A stretch of DNA of 64,000 bases from Pavona decussata (taxonomy: Eukaryota). Positions 27,125 to 37,023 of this stretch are shown piece after piece. How positions within the stretch are numbered: position 1 is the stretch's first letter; the number at the start of each line of letters is the position of its first letter. The notes beneath the pieces are model-generated. The model ran no database searches and was not told where the DNA came from. It saw nothing but the letters and a program-made list of their open reading frames with translations. Made by a program: the position numbers and the translations under genes. The stretch is taken from contig CDRNST010000090.1 in assembly GCA_977016875.1 (NCBI GenBank), positions 620,001 to 684,000 on the forward strand, read 5' to 3'.

Positions 27125-28008
27125 TAAGAGGGAGCATCGGTTGTAAATATACGTTTTTTTTACTGAAAGGTAAGAGTGCAGAGTGCAAATTAGGAAACAA
27201 AGGCCAGAGTTTTCGATTCGCTGCATGTTCACCATAACGAGCACAATTTGATCGCATACAATTTTTAACTTTGAAAATTCATAATTTTATTGCCATGAAT
27301 CCTAGAACGGTACTTTTTTTTAGTTTTAAAACTTTGTTTATTGCAATTATTCATAACTGCAAAGTCCAAAAATTGCCACATGTTCAACTTTTGAAATCCA
27401 TAGTTGAATTTTTAACAAATCCTAACACGGTAGTTTTAGATGTATTGAACAATTAATTCCTTTTAGTTTTCGATAACCGATATATGTAGATAGTCACATT
27501 TCTGAAAAACTGAAAGCAGTAAATTGTGAGCCTACATGACATGTAAAAACGATCGTATTACAATGCAACATACCCCAAAAAATACTAGAGAGCCGTTCAT
27601 ATCCAGAATTCCTCCGAGTCACAATAGTTTATTGTTCAAAGACCACCTGCCAATCAAAGCTGACTTCAACACACCCATGCGCGAAATAGGAACGCATAAA
27701 TCGCGCATAAAGCTGAGTAAGCTGAGTGTGGTCCGTAACAGAGAGCTTTGAGCAGAGCCAAGGAAAGACAAGAAATGTACGTAAGCTTAGTGGTAGCGAA
27801 ATGAGCCAATTGGTATTTCGCAAATCTGTAAAGATTGTTGCAGCCCGGGAGCACATGATTCTGGTTAACGTTTATTTAGAAAACAGAGAAAAGTTAAATT
27901 TAGTTTACCTGTAGCTTAATGCGCAGTTGATGGACATATCTGCGGATTACAACGAGTTTAATATTGATGTTGACAAATGTTAAACATTTTCAGACCAATC
28001 GAATCAAG

Positions 28009-28248
28009 ATGATTAAGCAGCGGCTTATTCAAGAGAGCCGAAGACTCCCGATTCAAGAGGTGGGAGATACGGGGTGAGTCATTTTGTAATTTTCAAAAAT
28101 GTTGTTTACAATTTTTAATTGACATGACTGATATACAGAAAAGAGATATACAATTAGTGAAATGAATTTTCTCTGCATAAATGACAGAGATCAAGCAGAG
28201 AGAGATAGAGAACCCAGAGAAGCAGTAGAACATGCGGATGCTCCCTGA
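28009..28248 (+). CDS. Diverged 41-aa micropeptide paralogue lacking the hydrophobic stretch (MIKQRLIQESRRLPIQEVGDTGDQAERDREPREAVEHADAP)
   Basis: Exons 28009-28073 and 28188-28248, with the same phase-2 intron and the same stop. Net length changes in each exon are multiples of 3. Confidence 0.45.
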
Positions 28249-28590
28249 TTGGAGGGAGCATCATTTGTAAATATACGTTTTTTTAAAAGGTAAGAGTGCA
28301 GAGTGCAAATTAGGAAACAAAGGCCAGGTTAGTCTGTTCACATTACCCCTATTATTCCGTGGGATTCTCGAACGGTACGCAATCTCCGCAATCTTGGTTT
28401 GTAAAATCGAGCTCAATCTGTGGAGGTTCTTTAAACTACAGAATTAGAAGGGTGCGGGAGTGTGGTATAGTGAGGGAGGGAAAGCAAAAACATAGGGGAT
28501 CTGAAGCGATGACAGTACGAATTACGTATCTTTCACCGCAAGTTCTAAAAGTGGATACGGCTGGCGTATAATGTTGTGAAGATAGTGGGG

Positions 28591-28825
28591 TGTTGGAAAC
28601 GAGTAGGGACTGGAACTAGTCAAATTCGCACGTGATCATTTTGTATCAGATTTCTCGGATAGATTCTTGTTTTGAATGTGACTCTCGAAGGAACTCTGGA
28701 ACTATTACTTCTAAATGTAGCGGAATTTATCTTGTACGTCGTAAATAGCGGAATTCTTTCTCAAGGAATGTTATCATGTAATCTTCGAGTTTATCAAGTA
28801 TTAAAGAGTTTGGTCGAATACAACA
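28591..28825 (+). repeat. 5' LTR (235 bp)
   Basis: TGTTGGAAACGAG...GAATACAACA; identical by eye to 34415-34649. Confidence 0.97.
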
Positions 28826-28828
28826 TTT

Positions 28829-28847
28829 TGGTGCCGGAGACCCGGGA
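28829..28847 (+). other. Primer binding site, most like the complement of the tRNA-Phe 3' end
   Basis: TGGTGCCGGAGACCCGGGA lies 3 nt after the LTR. The canonical tRNA-Phe PBS is TGGTGCCGAAACCCGGGA. Confidence 0.7.
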
Positions 28848-28890
28848 GTGAAAGCAAGGAGAACAGAGCGCGTGTTTTGTAACCTTCGCC

Positions 28891-31800
28891 ATGTCGGATG
28901 TCAAAAAGAAAATTCTGGAGCGCTCAGGGTTCAGAGTTCACGTTCGTAAAGTTATGAACGATGTGAAGGAGTTAATCAACAACGGTGATGTGGAAAGCGT
29001 CCGACTGAAGCTGAAATCGCAAAAGATTAACCTGGAAAAACATCAGAAGGAAATTGCATCGCTTGATCAAGAAATCGCAGAATTATTACAAGCCGACGCA
29101 ATCGAAAAGGAAATCCTGGAGCGCTGCGATTTTAATGCGTCGTTACAAGAAACGATCTTATTGATAACCTCATGTTTGTCGTCTCCTAAGCAGGAAGCGA
29201 ATGATGTCGAAGAAACGGTGACATTGCCATCGGCGAGTCCGCAAGGATCTTTCCCTGCTCAAAATGGCGCGAAGGGCAAAAACAAGGCAAAGCTACCGAA
29301 GCTCACGTTACCTAAGTTTACCGGGGATGCCACAAAATGGACAACATTTTGGGACAGCTTCTCATCTGCAATTCACACGAGTGAGGATCTGAATGAAGTC
29401 GACAAATTTCAGTATTTGAAATCATTATTGGAGGGCGCTGCAGCCGAAACCATTTCTGGTTTACCTCTCACAAGCTCAAATTACAACCATGCGGTCGATC
29501 TCCTAAACAAGCGGTTCGGAAGCAAACAAGTTATCATATCTAAACACATCGAGATGTTAATGCAGCTACCAAAAGTGAGTGATACTGGTGATCTTAAACA
29601 ACTGCGGCAATTGTTGGACAAAACAGAGTCGGCTGTTCGAAGTTTGCAAGGAATTGGAATTTCCATTGACACGTACGGAACATTCCTAACCCCAGTAATC
29701 ATGGCGAAAATTCCTCAAGAGTTGCGTTTGATTTTGAGTCGTGGTATGAGCGACGAGTGGGACCTCGACACATTAATAAAGTCGTTTGCAGAGGAGTTAC
29801 AGATACGAGAAAGGTGTGCTCTCGGTCCAGTGACAGATCAGTCGAAAATGAGGGAAAAGCGAGAGTTTGGATATGAATTACGGTTCGGTCAAAACAAGAG
29901 ACCCCCCACGTCGTCGACACTTGTTTCATACAACGACAGACCTCAACAAAATAAGGAAATGTGGTGTACTTTCTGCAGTGGACCGCACCCTTCGGCGAGA
30001 TGCGCTGTTGTTACGGAGCCAGAAGCGAAGAAAAGAATTCTCCGCCAAAAGGGGCGATGTTTTGGTTGTTTGAGGAGTGGTCATGTGAGCCGAGATTGCC
30101 AAGCGAGATGTTATCGTTGTGGCGGGAAACATCATGTATCGCTATGCGGCGTGCAAAACTCTTCACCACAATTCACGCAGGCAAGAAGAACCAATCAGGA
30201 ACAAACTGTGAGTACAAATTTGTATTTCACCCAAGATGTTAAGAATAATTCTGTTTTGCTGCAAACTGCCAGAGCCAGGGTTGGAAATCCTAATGGAGGA
30301 AATTCTTGCCATGTCAGGGTTTTATTTGATTCATGTTCTCAAAGGTCTTACATAAGTACACGGTTGAGGAGCAAGTTAGGCCTGCCCTCATTTGGAAGTG
30401 AAACTGTTCTGATTAAAACGTTTGGAAACAATGAAGCCTCGTTGAAGAAATGTGACATTGTTCAATTTGCACTGGAATGCCAAGATCAGTTGAAAGTGTT
30501 TGTCAATGCTTATGAAGTTGAACTGATTTGTGGACCCATAGCCAACCAGGCCATTGAGATTGCACAGCAAAATTACCCTCATCTACAAGGCTTACCCCTT
30601 GCTGACTATTCCCGTGGCGATGAAGATCTTGAAGTAGATATTATGATTGGTGCTGATTATTACTGGTCCATTGTCCAGAACCATGTGGTACGGGGGGAGT
30701 CGCATGGACCTGTAGCAGTTCGTACAAGGCTGGGTTATGTTTTGAGTGGTCCTATTAACATAGCAGGTGCATTGCAGAGCTCATCAAGTGTTAACATGTC
30801 GCATGTTATGAAGACAGAGTGTCAAGTAGTTGAAGAAGACTTAAAGTCAGTTGATGTCTCTCTGAAAGAAGAACTGAACAAATTCTGGGACTATGATACT
30901 CTGGGAGTGAAGAATAGAGAAGAAGAATTCTATGAAGATTATCTTGCCAAAGTAAAGTTCAGTGGTAGCCGTTATGAAGTTTCTCTTCCCTTTAAGGAAG
31001 AACATCCTACAATTCCAGACAACTACTTGGTAGCACAGAAACGCCGCAGCTCCTCATTAGCAAGATTGAAGTCCAAGCCTGACATTCTACAACAGTATGA
31101 TGATGTCATTAAGGACCAACTGAACTCTGGTGTTATAGAATTAGTTGACAAGAGTCGTGTTCAAGAAGTAATACCAGGAACTGTGCATTACATTCCTCAT
31201 AAGGAAGTCGTGAAGGAAGACAGAACCACTACCAAACTACGAGTAGTGTATGATGCTAGTGCTAAATCTCAGAATGAACCAACTCTGAATGACTTTCTGC
31301 TCCCTGGTCCAGCCTTAACACCATTGATCTTTGACATTCTCCTACGATTTCGTCTCCACAGAGTTGCATTGATTGGTGACTTGGAGAAAGCGTTTTTAAA
31401 TGTTGAAGTAAATCCTGAACAGAGGAATTTGTTAAGGTTCTTGTGGATAAGTGACATCAGTTCCTCGAATCCGAAAGTCATTATCCTTAGATTCACACGG
31501 CTTGTGTTTGGCCTTGTCTGTTCACCGTTCATTTTGAATGTAACCCTGAGAAATCACTTAAGCAAGTATGAGAACATTGATCCAGACTTTGTGAACACTG
31601 TTGTCAGAGCTTTGTATGTGGATGACTTTGCATCTGGAAAGGATTCGGTAAAGGACTGCTTCGAACTTTACGGAAAATTGAAGTTGCGATTCAGAGAAGG
31701 AGGTTTCAACATGCGAAAATGGGCATCGAACAGCGAAGAGCTAAATCAGTTGATTGAGAAGGAGGAAGCTAACCTGTCATCATCAACTCAGACACCTTCA

Positions 31801-34320
31801 GAAACCAGTCCTTCTTTGACAAAGTCTAGTGTTCTCGAAGAAGACCTCATCAAAGTGATGGGAGTTCCATGGGATAGGATAGAAGACAGCTTCAAGTTTG
31901 ATCTCGCAACCTTTGCTACACAAGCATTGGATGGAACACTGACAAAGCGGAAACTGTTGAGCATCACTGCTCGATTTTATGATCCATTAGGCTTGTTGTC
32001 ACCAATTATGTTGCCCTTGAAGTGTATGTTTCAAGAGATATATCAGCTCAAGATTGGCTGGGATGAGGCCCTGCCAGAAGAGCCCTGTTTAAAGTGGAAA
32101 GAAGTAGCAGAAGACATGTTGAGAGTTTCAGTGGTCAGTGTACCTCGCTGTGTCCTAGCTGGGATAGAAGCAGAAGATGTCAAGTCTATTCAACTGCACG
32201 GTTTTGCAGACGCGAGTAAGATTGCTTATGGTGCAAACATCTATGTTCGGGTGACAACCTCTAATGTCAGCTATTCGCAGCTGTTAGCCTCTAAAACTAG
32301 GGTAGCACCCTTGAAGGGAGAGACAATTCCTAGATTGGAATTGATGGCAGCATTGACTCTAGCAAACCTGATGACAGCTGTGTACAAGGCATTGGCTTGT
32401 ACCGTCAAGGTTGATTCTGTGTTCAATTGGATTGATTCTCAGATTGTATGGTGGTGGATTCATGGAGAGTCAAAACAATTCAAGCAGTTTGTGCAGAATC
32501 GAGTAACAAAGATTCGAAGTCTCTGGAGTAAAGAACATTGGGGATATTGCCCTTCTGAACTTAACCCAAGTGACATTGCCTCGCGAGGAACTAAGAGTTC
32601 CGATCTTGTTTCCAATGATCTATGGTGGAAAGGAGCACCATTTCTAGAGAAGGAGAAGGATCAATGGCCAAGCCCACCTAATTGTCCTGTTGATGAAGGC
32701 ACCCTCTCAGAAGAAACTACAAAGAAATTGAAGAAAGAAGATGCAGATGGAATCTCACAAGTAATGACCGTATTGGTCCAAGCCTCTGAAAACATCTCTG
32801 AAGTTGTCCAACCAGAGAGATTTAGCAGTCTCAGCAAGCTTATTAGAGTAACTGCCCTTGTATTGAAGTTCATCAGACGGATTAAAAGAGTTCCAGAAAT
32901 GCATTCAAATGTTAGTTCACAGGAAATGAATGCTGCAAAAATTCTCTGGTACAAAGACGTTCAAGGGAAACTTGATGAAAGGGAGAGATCAAGTTCGACT
33001 TGGGAACAGTTAGGAGTCTTTAAAGATGAAGATGGAGTATTGCGATGCAAGGGAAGGATTCAGAATTCCTCACTTCCATACTCAGCCAAGTTTCCAATCC
33101 TGTTACCGAGAAAGCAGCACTTCACAAGATTAGTAATTGCACAAAGTCATGAAAACGTGAAACACAATGGGGTTGGAGAAACTCTCACTGAAACTCGGTC
33201 ACAGTTCTGGATAATCAAAGGACGACAAGCTGTCAAGGATGTACTCTCTAAGTGCATTACATGTAAGAAGATACAAGGGAGAGCTTTCAGTAGCCCACCT
33301 CCTCCTCCATTACCTTCATTTCGAGTCTCAGATGATCTGGCCTTCTCCAAAGTTGGTGTAGACTTTGCTGGCCCCCTTTATGTTAAGAATATCTACCAGT
33401 CCAAGGGAGACATGTTCAAGTGTTACATTGCTCTATTTACATGTGCAAGTACCAGAGCTATGCACCTTGAACTCACACCCGATTTGACCGCCAAGTCATT
33501 TCTAAGAGTGCTTAAACGTTTCTTTGGAAGACGAGGGATACCCAACCTGTTCATCTCAGATAACGGGAAAACTTTCAAAGATTCAGAAGTTCAGAAGTTC
33601 GTTCTTAACAAGAACATTGACTGGAATTTCAATGTGCCCACTGCGAGCTGGTGGGGCGGGTTTTTCGAAATCTGCGTCAAACTTGTGAAAAGGTGTCTGA
33701 AGAAAGTACTGGGAAATGCAAAGCTTAGTTATGAAGAATTGGAATCAGCCCTGATTGAAACTGAAGGAGTGTTAAATTCCAGGCCATTAACCTATGTGTA
33801 CAATGAGTTGTCAGAAGCTCCACTAACACCTTCTCATCTCGTAATTGGTCGACGTCTCTTGGAGCAACCTTCTGCTACCAGTGTACCTCTGAGCACTCTA
33901 GCCCGACGGGAACGATATTTGGAGAGTCTCCTCACCCACTTCAGAAATCGTTGGAGGAAAGAATACCTGACTGGCATCAGAGAGTATCAGAAACTTAAGG
34001 GAGAACCGAGAAGAACCATTCAAATTGGTGACCTTGTGCACATATATGCAGACAAAACACCTAGACAGCAGTGGAGAATGGGGAAAGTAGAGAAGCTGTT
34101 GCGAGGAAGAGACAACGTTGTTCGCTCCGCTGAAGTGGCGACAGTAGACAAATCTCTACGCAGGATTTGCATCAAGCGTCCAATTCAGAAGCTCTATCCT
34201 CTTGAAGTTAATGTGTTTGATGAAGGAGCAGCTGAGATGGGAGCTGTCCAGTATGACAGAGCAAGGAACATTTGTGTAGTCAGAGATGAAGATATTCCAA
34301 TTGTTGTTACTGCATCTTAA
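28891..34320 (+). CDS. BEL/Pao gag-pol polyprotein, 1809 aa (DUF1759 gag, 3 Zn knuckles, aspartic protease, RT, Pao RNase H, integrase, DUF5641-like tail)
   Basis: Motifs: LPKFTGDATKWTTFWDSF; CTFCSGPH..C, CFGCLRSGHVSRDC, CYRCGGKHHVSLC; LFDSCSQRSYI; KLRVVYDAS, DLEKAF, LYVDD; LHGFADAS, TIPRLEL; GVDFAGP, SDNG, WWGGFFE; RPIQKLYPLE. Confidence 0.96.
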   Translation: MSDVKKKILERSGFRVHVRKVMNDVKELINNGDVESVRLKLKSQKINLEKHQKEIASLDQEIAELLQADAIEKEILERCDFNASLQETILLITSCLSSPKQEANDVEETVTLPSASPQGSFPAQNGAKGKNKAKLPKLTLPKFTGDATKWTTFWDSFSSAIHTSEDLNEVDKFQYLKSLLEGAAAETISGLPLTSSNYNHAVDLLNKRFGSKQVIISKHIEMLMQLPKVSDTGDLKQLRQLLDKTESAVRSLQGIGISIDTYGTFLTPVIMAKIPQELRLILSRGMSDEWDLDTLIKSFAEELQIRERCALGPVTDQSKMREKREFGYELRFGQNKRPPTSSTLVSYNDRPQQNKEMWCTFCSGPHPSARCAVVTEPEAKKRILRQKGRCFGCLRSGHVSRDCQARCYRCGGKHHVSLCGVQNSSPQFTQARRTNQEQTVSTNLYFTQDVKNNSVLLQTARARVGNPNGGNSCHVRVLFDSCSQRSYISTRLRSKLGLPSFGSETVLIKTFGNNEASLKKCDIVQFALECQDQLKVFVNAYEVELICGPIANQAIEIAQQNYPHLQGLPLADYSRGDEDLEVDIMIGADYYWSIVQNHVVRGESHGPVAVRTRLGYVLSGPINIAGALQSSSSVNMSHVMKTECQVVEEDLKSVDVSLKEELNKFWDYDTLGVKNREEEFYEDYLAKVKFSGSRYEVSLPFKEEHPTIPDNYLVAQKRRSSSLARLKSKPDILQQYDDVIKDQLNSGVIELVDKSRVQEVIPGTVHYIPHKEVVKEDRTTTKLRVVYDASAKSQNEPTLNDFLLPGPALTPLIFDILLRFRLHRVALIGDLEKAFLNVEVNPEQRNLLRFLWISDISSSNPKVIILRFTRLVFGLVCSPFILNVTLRNHLSKYENIDPDFVNTVVRALYVDDFASGKDSVKDCFELYGKLKLRFREGGFNMRKWASNSEELNQLIEKEEANLSSSTQTPSETSPSLTKSSVLEEDLIKVMGVPWDRIEDSFKFDLATFATQALDGTLTKRKLLSITARFYDPLGLLSPIMLPLKCMFQEIYQLKIGWDEALPEEPCLKWKEVAEDMLRVSVVSVPRCVLAGIEAEDVKSIQLHGFADASKIAYGANIYVRVTTSNVSYSQLLASKTRVAPLKGETIPRLELMAALTLANLMTAVYKALACTVKVDSVFNWIDSQIVWWWIHGESKQFKQFVQNRVTKIRSLWSKEHWGYCPSELNPSDIASRGTKSSDLVSNDLWWKGAPFLEKEKDQWPSPPNCPVDEGTLSEETTKKLKKEDADGISQVMTVLVQASENISEVVQPERFSSLSKLIRVTALVLKFIRRIKRVPEMHSNVSSQEMNAAKILWYKDVQGKLDERERSSSTWEQLGVFKDEDGVLRCKGRIQNSSLPYSAKFPILLPRKQHFTRLVIAQSHENVKHNGVGETLTETRSQFWIIKGRQAVKDVLSKCITCKKIQGRAFSSPPPPPLPSFRVSDDLAFSKVGVDFAGPLYVKNIYQSKGDMFKCYIALFTCASTRAMHLELTPDLTAKSFLRVLKRFFGRRGIPNLFISDNGKTFKDSEVQKFVLNKNIDWNFNVPTASWWGGFFEICVKLVKRCLKKVLGNAKLSYEELESALIETEGVLNSRPLTYVYNELSEAPLTPSHLVIGRRLLEQPSATSVPLSTLARRERYLESLLTHFRNRWRKEYLTGIREYQKLKGEPRRTIQIGDLVHIYADKTPRQQWRMGKVEKLLRGRDNVVRSAEVATVDKSLRRICIKRPIQKLYPLEVNVFDEGAAEMGAVQYDRARNICVVRDEDIPIVVTAS

Positions 34321-34403
34321 CTTTCAGATCTAAAACTTTGAACATTGGACTGAGTTTCAAGAGTTATCTTTACAGTCTCGCCTTATGATTGACTCCGTCA
34401 ATC

Positions 34404-34412
34404 AGGGGGGAG
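34404..34412 (+). other. Polypurine tract
   Basis: AGGGGGGAG lies 2 nt upstream of the 3' LTR. Confidence 0.8.
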
Positions 34413-34414
34413 TG

Positions 34415-34649
34415 TGTTGGAAACGAGTAGGGACTGGAACTAGTCAAATTCGCACGTGATCATTTTGTATCAGATTTCTCGGATAGATTCTTGTTTTGAA
34501 TGTGACTCTCGAAGGAACTCTGGAACTATTACTTCTAAATGTAGCGGAATTTATCTTGTACGTCGTAAATAGCGGAATTCTTTCTCAAGGAATGTTATCA
34601 TGTAATCTTCGAGTTTATCAAGTATTAAAGAGTTTGGTCGAATACAACA
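34415..34649 (+). repeat. 3' LTR (235 bp)
   Basis: Matches the 5' LTR and is followed by the TSD TGGGG. Confidence 0.97.
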
Positions 34650-35414
34650 TGGGGAATGTTTTGATTTTAATCGTTTGTATCGTAGGCTTGGAGGCCTGAT
34701 AGTTATCAAAATTCCTGATACGCCTCTCAACTGATAACATTCAAAGAGAATCGAAACTGCACTATTGCATGGGGAACAAGACTAGAAACTCGCACGAAGG
34801 AATTTTACTGGCACTCAAGAGACTCGCGTCACTCACAATGCAGTTGTCTCCCGGGGTGGGGTAATACCCTATATAAGACGAGAATGGTTCATTTTAGGCA
34901 GCGCTATAATAATTTTATCTGTTCGGTAATGCTATTTCCGAAAGAAGTTATGGCATTTTTGTACATTTCCCGAAAACCTTCGGTATTATTTCCTTTTCCT
35001 AAAATCTTACCTGGCCTTTTTTTGCGGTACCAAAAACAACATTTTTATCTCACGAAAGATAGTAGTGAAAACTCCATTTGGAAAATTGCAGGGGTATTAA
35101 GGGCTTTCCGAACAGATAATTTACAGGAACTATCTGCTGGGTGCCCAGGGGGGTACTCCAAAAAAAATTGGGTAGGGGTGTGCTGCCCGCTTCCCCAAAC
35201 CCTTACCCTAATTATGACTAAAATCTGCGATTTTCCCCACCCTATTTATGACCTGAAGTAGCTTCTTCTAGAAAAAAAATTGAACCAGGGACTAGAGTGC
35301 AAAAATCTACACCCTATTTATTACCAAAATTGTGGCAAAATGGCTGAAAACGATTACAGTGATGTAAGCCGAGGATTACAAGTGGTCCTGTTGACAAATG
35401 TTAACCATTTTCAG

Positions 35415-35509
35415 ATGTTCTTTTTTGTTGCGGCATTAATTTTCCTGATGATAAAGGAGATGGTCACCGGTGAAACGCTGCAAATCCCCATCCAAGAAAC
35501 AGGTCCGAT
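35415..35509 (+). other. Distant paralogue of the micropeptide first coding exon (MFFFVAALIFLMIKEMVTGETLQIPIQETGP)
   Basis: Shares the upstream acceptor TGTTGACAAATGTTAACCATTTTCAG, the FVAA and PIQE motifs and a phase-2 GTGAGT donor with the array exon. Confidence 0.55.
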
Positions 35510-36946
35510 GTGAGTATACACCAATCAAGCTCATACCTTACCATATTCCAATCCCCCCGCCCCCCATTTTCTGCATATTTTTGCTTGGTTTGTTACACTC
35601 TACTTGTAGATCCCCGTTCCTACTGTGTTTCGGCCTTTATCCAGTGATTAAAATAAAGAAGTTTGATTGGCTCACCACTTAGACAGTTGCTAGTTATATA
35701 CAAACAGCTAAACATTTAATTCCAGGACACGACCATGGAGCACGAAATCCTTTCAAGGCTAAATGCAAACTACGAACCTGGAAAAGAGACAGATTTCATT
35801 CCAAAAGAAAACTTATGGAATGAATTAGCCAATGAAAGAGATGTTAATTGGAGTAGAAAAGAGTTCTTCAGGCATCTTGGGAGAAGTATCAGTCAAAGTT
35901 CATTGAAGGGAAGAATACACCAGCAAACAGGGGACATTTTGTTACCTGAGGACGTTATCTAAAGGCTGAAATCTTATTTGCCACTGCCACCTTACACCAA
36001 CTTGCGATGTTTCTTCACTTTCCTAACGAGGTGGGAGCATGGGCTTGAACTAACAAATCAGGAACAAAAACAACAAAGAGGATAATCAGTGAGCTACAAG
36101 GGAAAACAATGAAACTGCAGTCTCTGGATTCACAGCCAACATTTGGAGATATGCTTCACAGGAGTTTGAAGGTGCAGTTCAATTAAAATGCCAAGAGAAG
36201 AATTGCAGCAGCTGGTAAAAAAAGGAGTCATACAAGCAAGATGCCACTCCCAGCAAGGTAAAACTGGCCCACAATGCAGCCGTAGATGTTAGCCAGCCAA
36301 GGATCAAGCGTAAACCATCGAAACCTAAACACTCTCTAAGATCATGCTCTTCGCTAAAGGAAAAAGGCAAATCGTTTTGATCCAGTCTCATCAAAAAGGA
36401 AAACTATTTACCCAAACAACATGGCAAAGTTATCACACTGGGTAGTGATGACAGTGACATCAGTACCACTGACAACAAAGATCATAAGTTTGGTATGCCA
36501 TGGCAATACTTGGAGGAAGCTCAACTCCCTTAAGTAGATAATATGTTTAATCCTTTTGCAATCTTCGATGTCAAAGCAACGGTAAAAATCAAGTTGATAG
36601 TAATTAATGAATCTATCGTTGTGGATTTTATTGTTAGGGGTATCTATCAATCCAACTCGCAACTTTTTCTCTTTATCAATTTTTAACGCTTGACATATGC
36701 AATCTTTTCATTGTTTGATTGGTATATGAATCGGAATCAATTGTTGGAAAATCGATTGACTGTGCATGGTTATACTTAAGGATTAAGGCTTCAGTTCCCG
36801 GTATCTGAGATAAGACCCCAAATCTTTAATTTTTTTTTTACATTAATGACAAAAAATTTTTTGCCGAAAAAATTGAAATGCATATGGTAGGAAAACACTC
36901 GATCAGTGGCAGAAGCACACCGCCAAGCGACTGATAGCATCCACTC

Positions 36947-37023
36947 ATTATTGTTGTTATTATTATAGTTGTTGTTATATTATTATTATTATTAATTATT
37001 ATTATTATTATTTTTACTATTAT
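36947..37023. repeat. Imperfect (TTA/TTG)n microsatellite
   Basis: Visible trinucleotide run. Confidence 0.85.

Larger units (their letters stand above)
13782..28328. repeat. Macrosatellite-like tandem array: 8 near-identical ~1.68-kb units plus a deleted, diverged ninth
   Basis: Unit starts are 13782, 15456, 17136, 18816, 20500, 22180, 23860, 25544 and 27217. Lengths are 1674, 1680, 1680, 1684, 1680, 1680, 1684 and 1673, matching the recurring ORF offsets. Confidence 0.97.
28591..34649 (+). mobile_element. Full-length BEL/Pao LTR retrotransposon
   Basis: Two 235-bp TG...CA LTRs, a 5-bp TSD TGGGG (28586-28590 and 34650-34654), PBS, PPT and a single gag-pol ORF. Confidence 0.97.

Noticed and set aside
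13836-27456. Recurring unspliced 60-82 aa ORFs in every array unit (MKIHNF, MFFLKT, MCSRPA, MISAGS, MKSQRD, MLVMVN)
   Set aside because: They recur only because the DNA is repeated. Most start at non-ATG codons, overlap each other and show no motifs.
13782-28328. Array as rDNA, 5S, snRNA, tRNA or histone repeat, or as a canonical Helitron concatemer
   Set aside because: No recognisable RNA-gene or histone sequence. The hairpin is not followed by a CTRR end, so a Helitron origin is unsupported.
29481-33350. Antisense and alternative-frame ORFs inside the BEL and Academ genes
   Set aside because: Shadow ORFs of long coding regions with no motifs.
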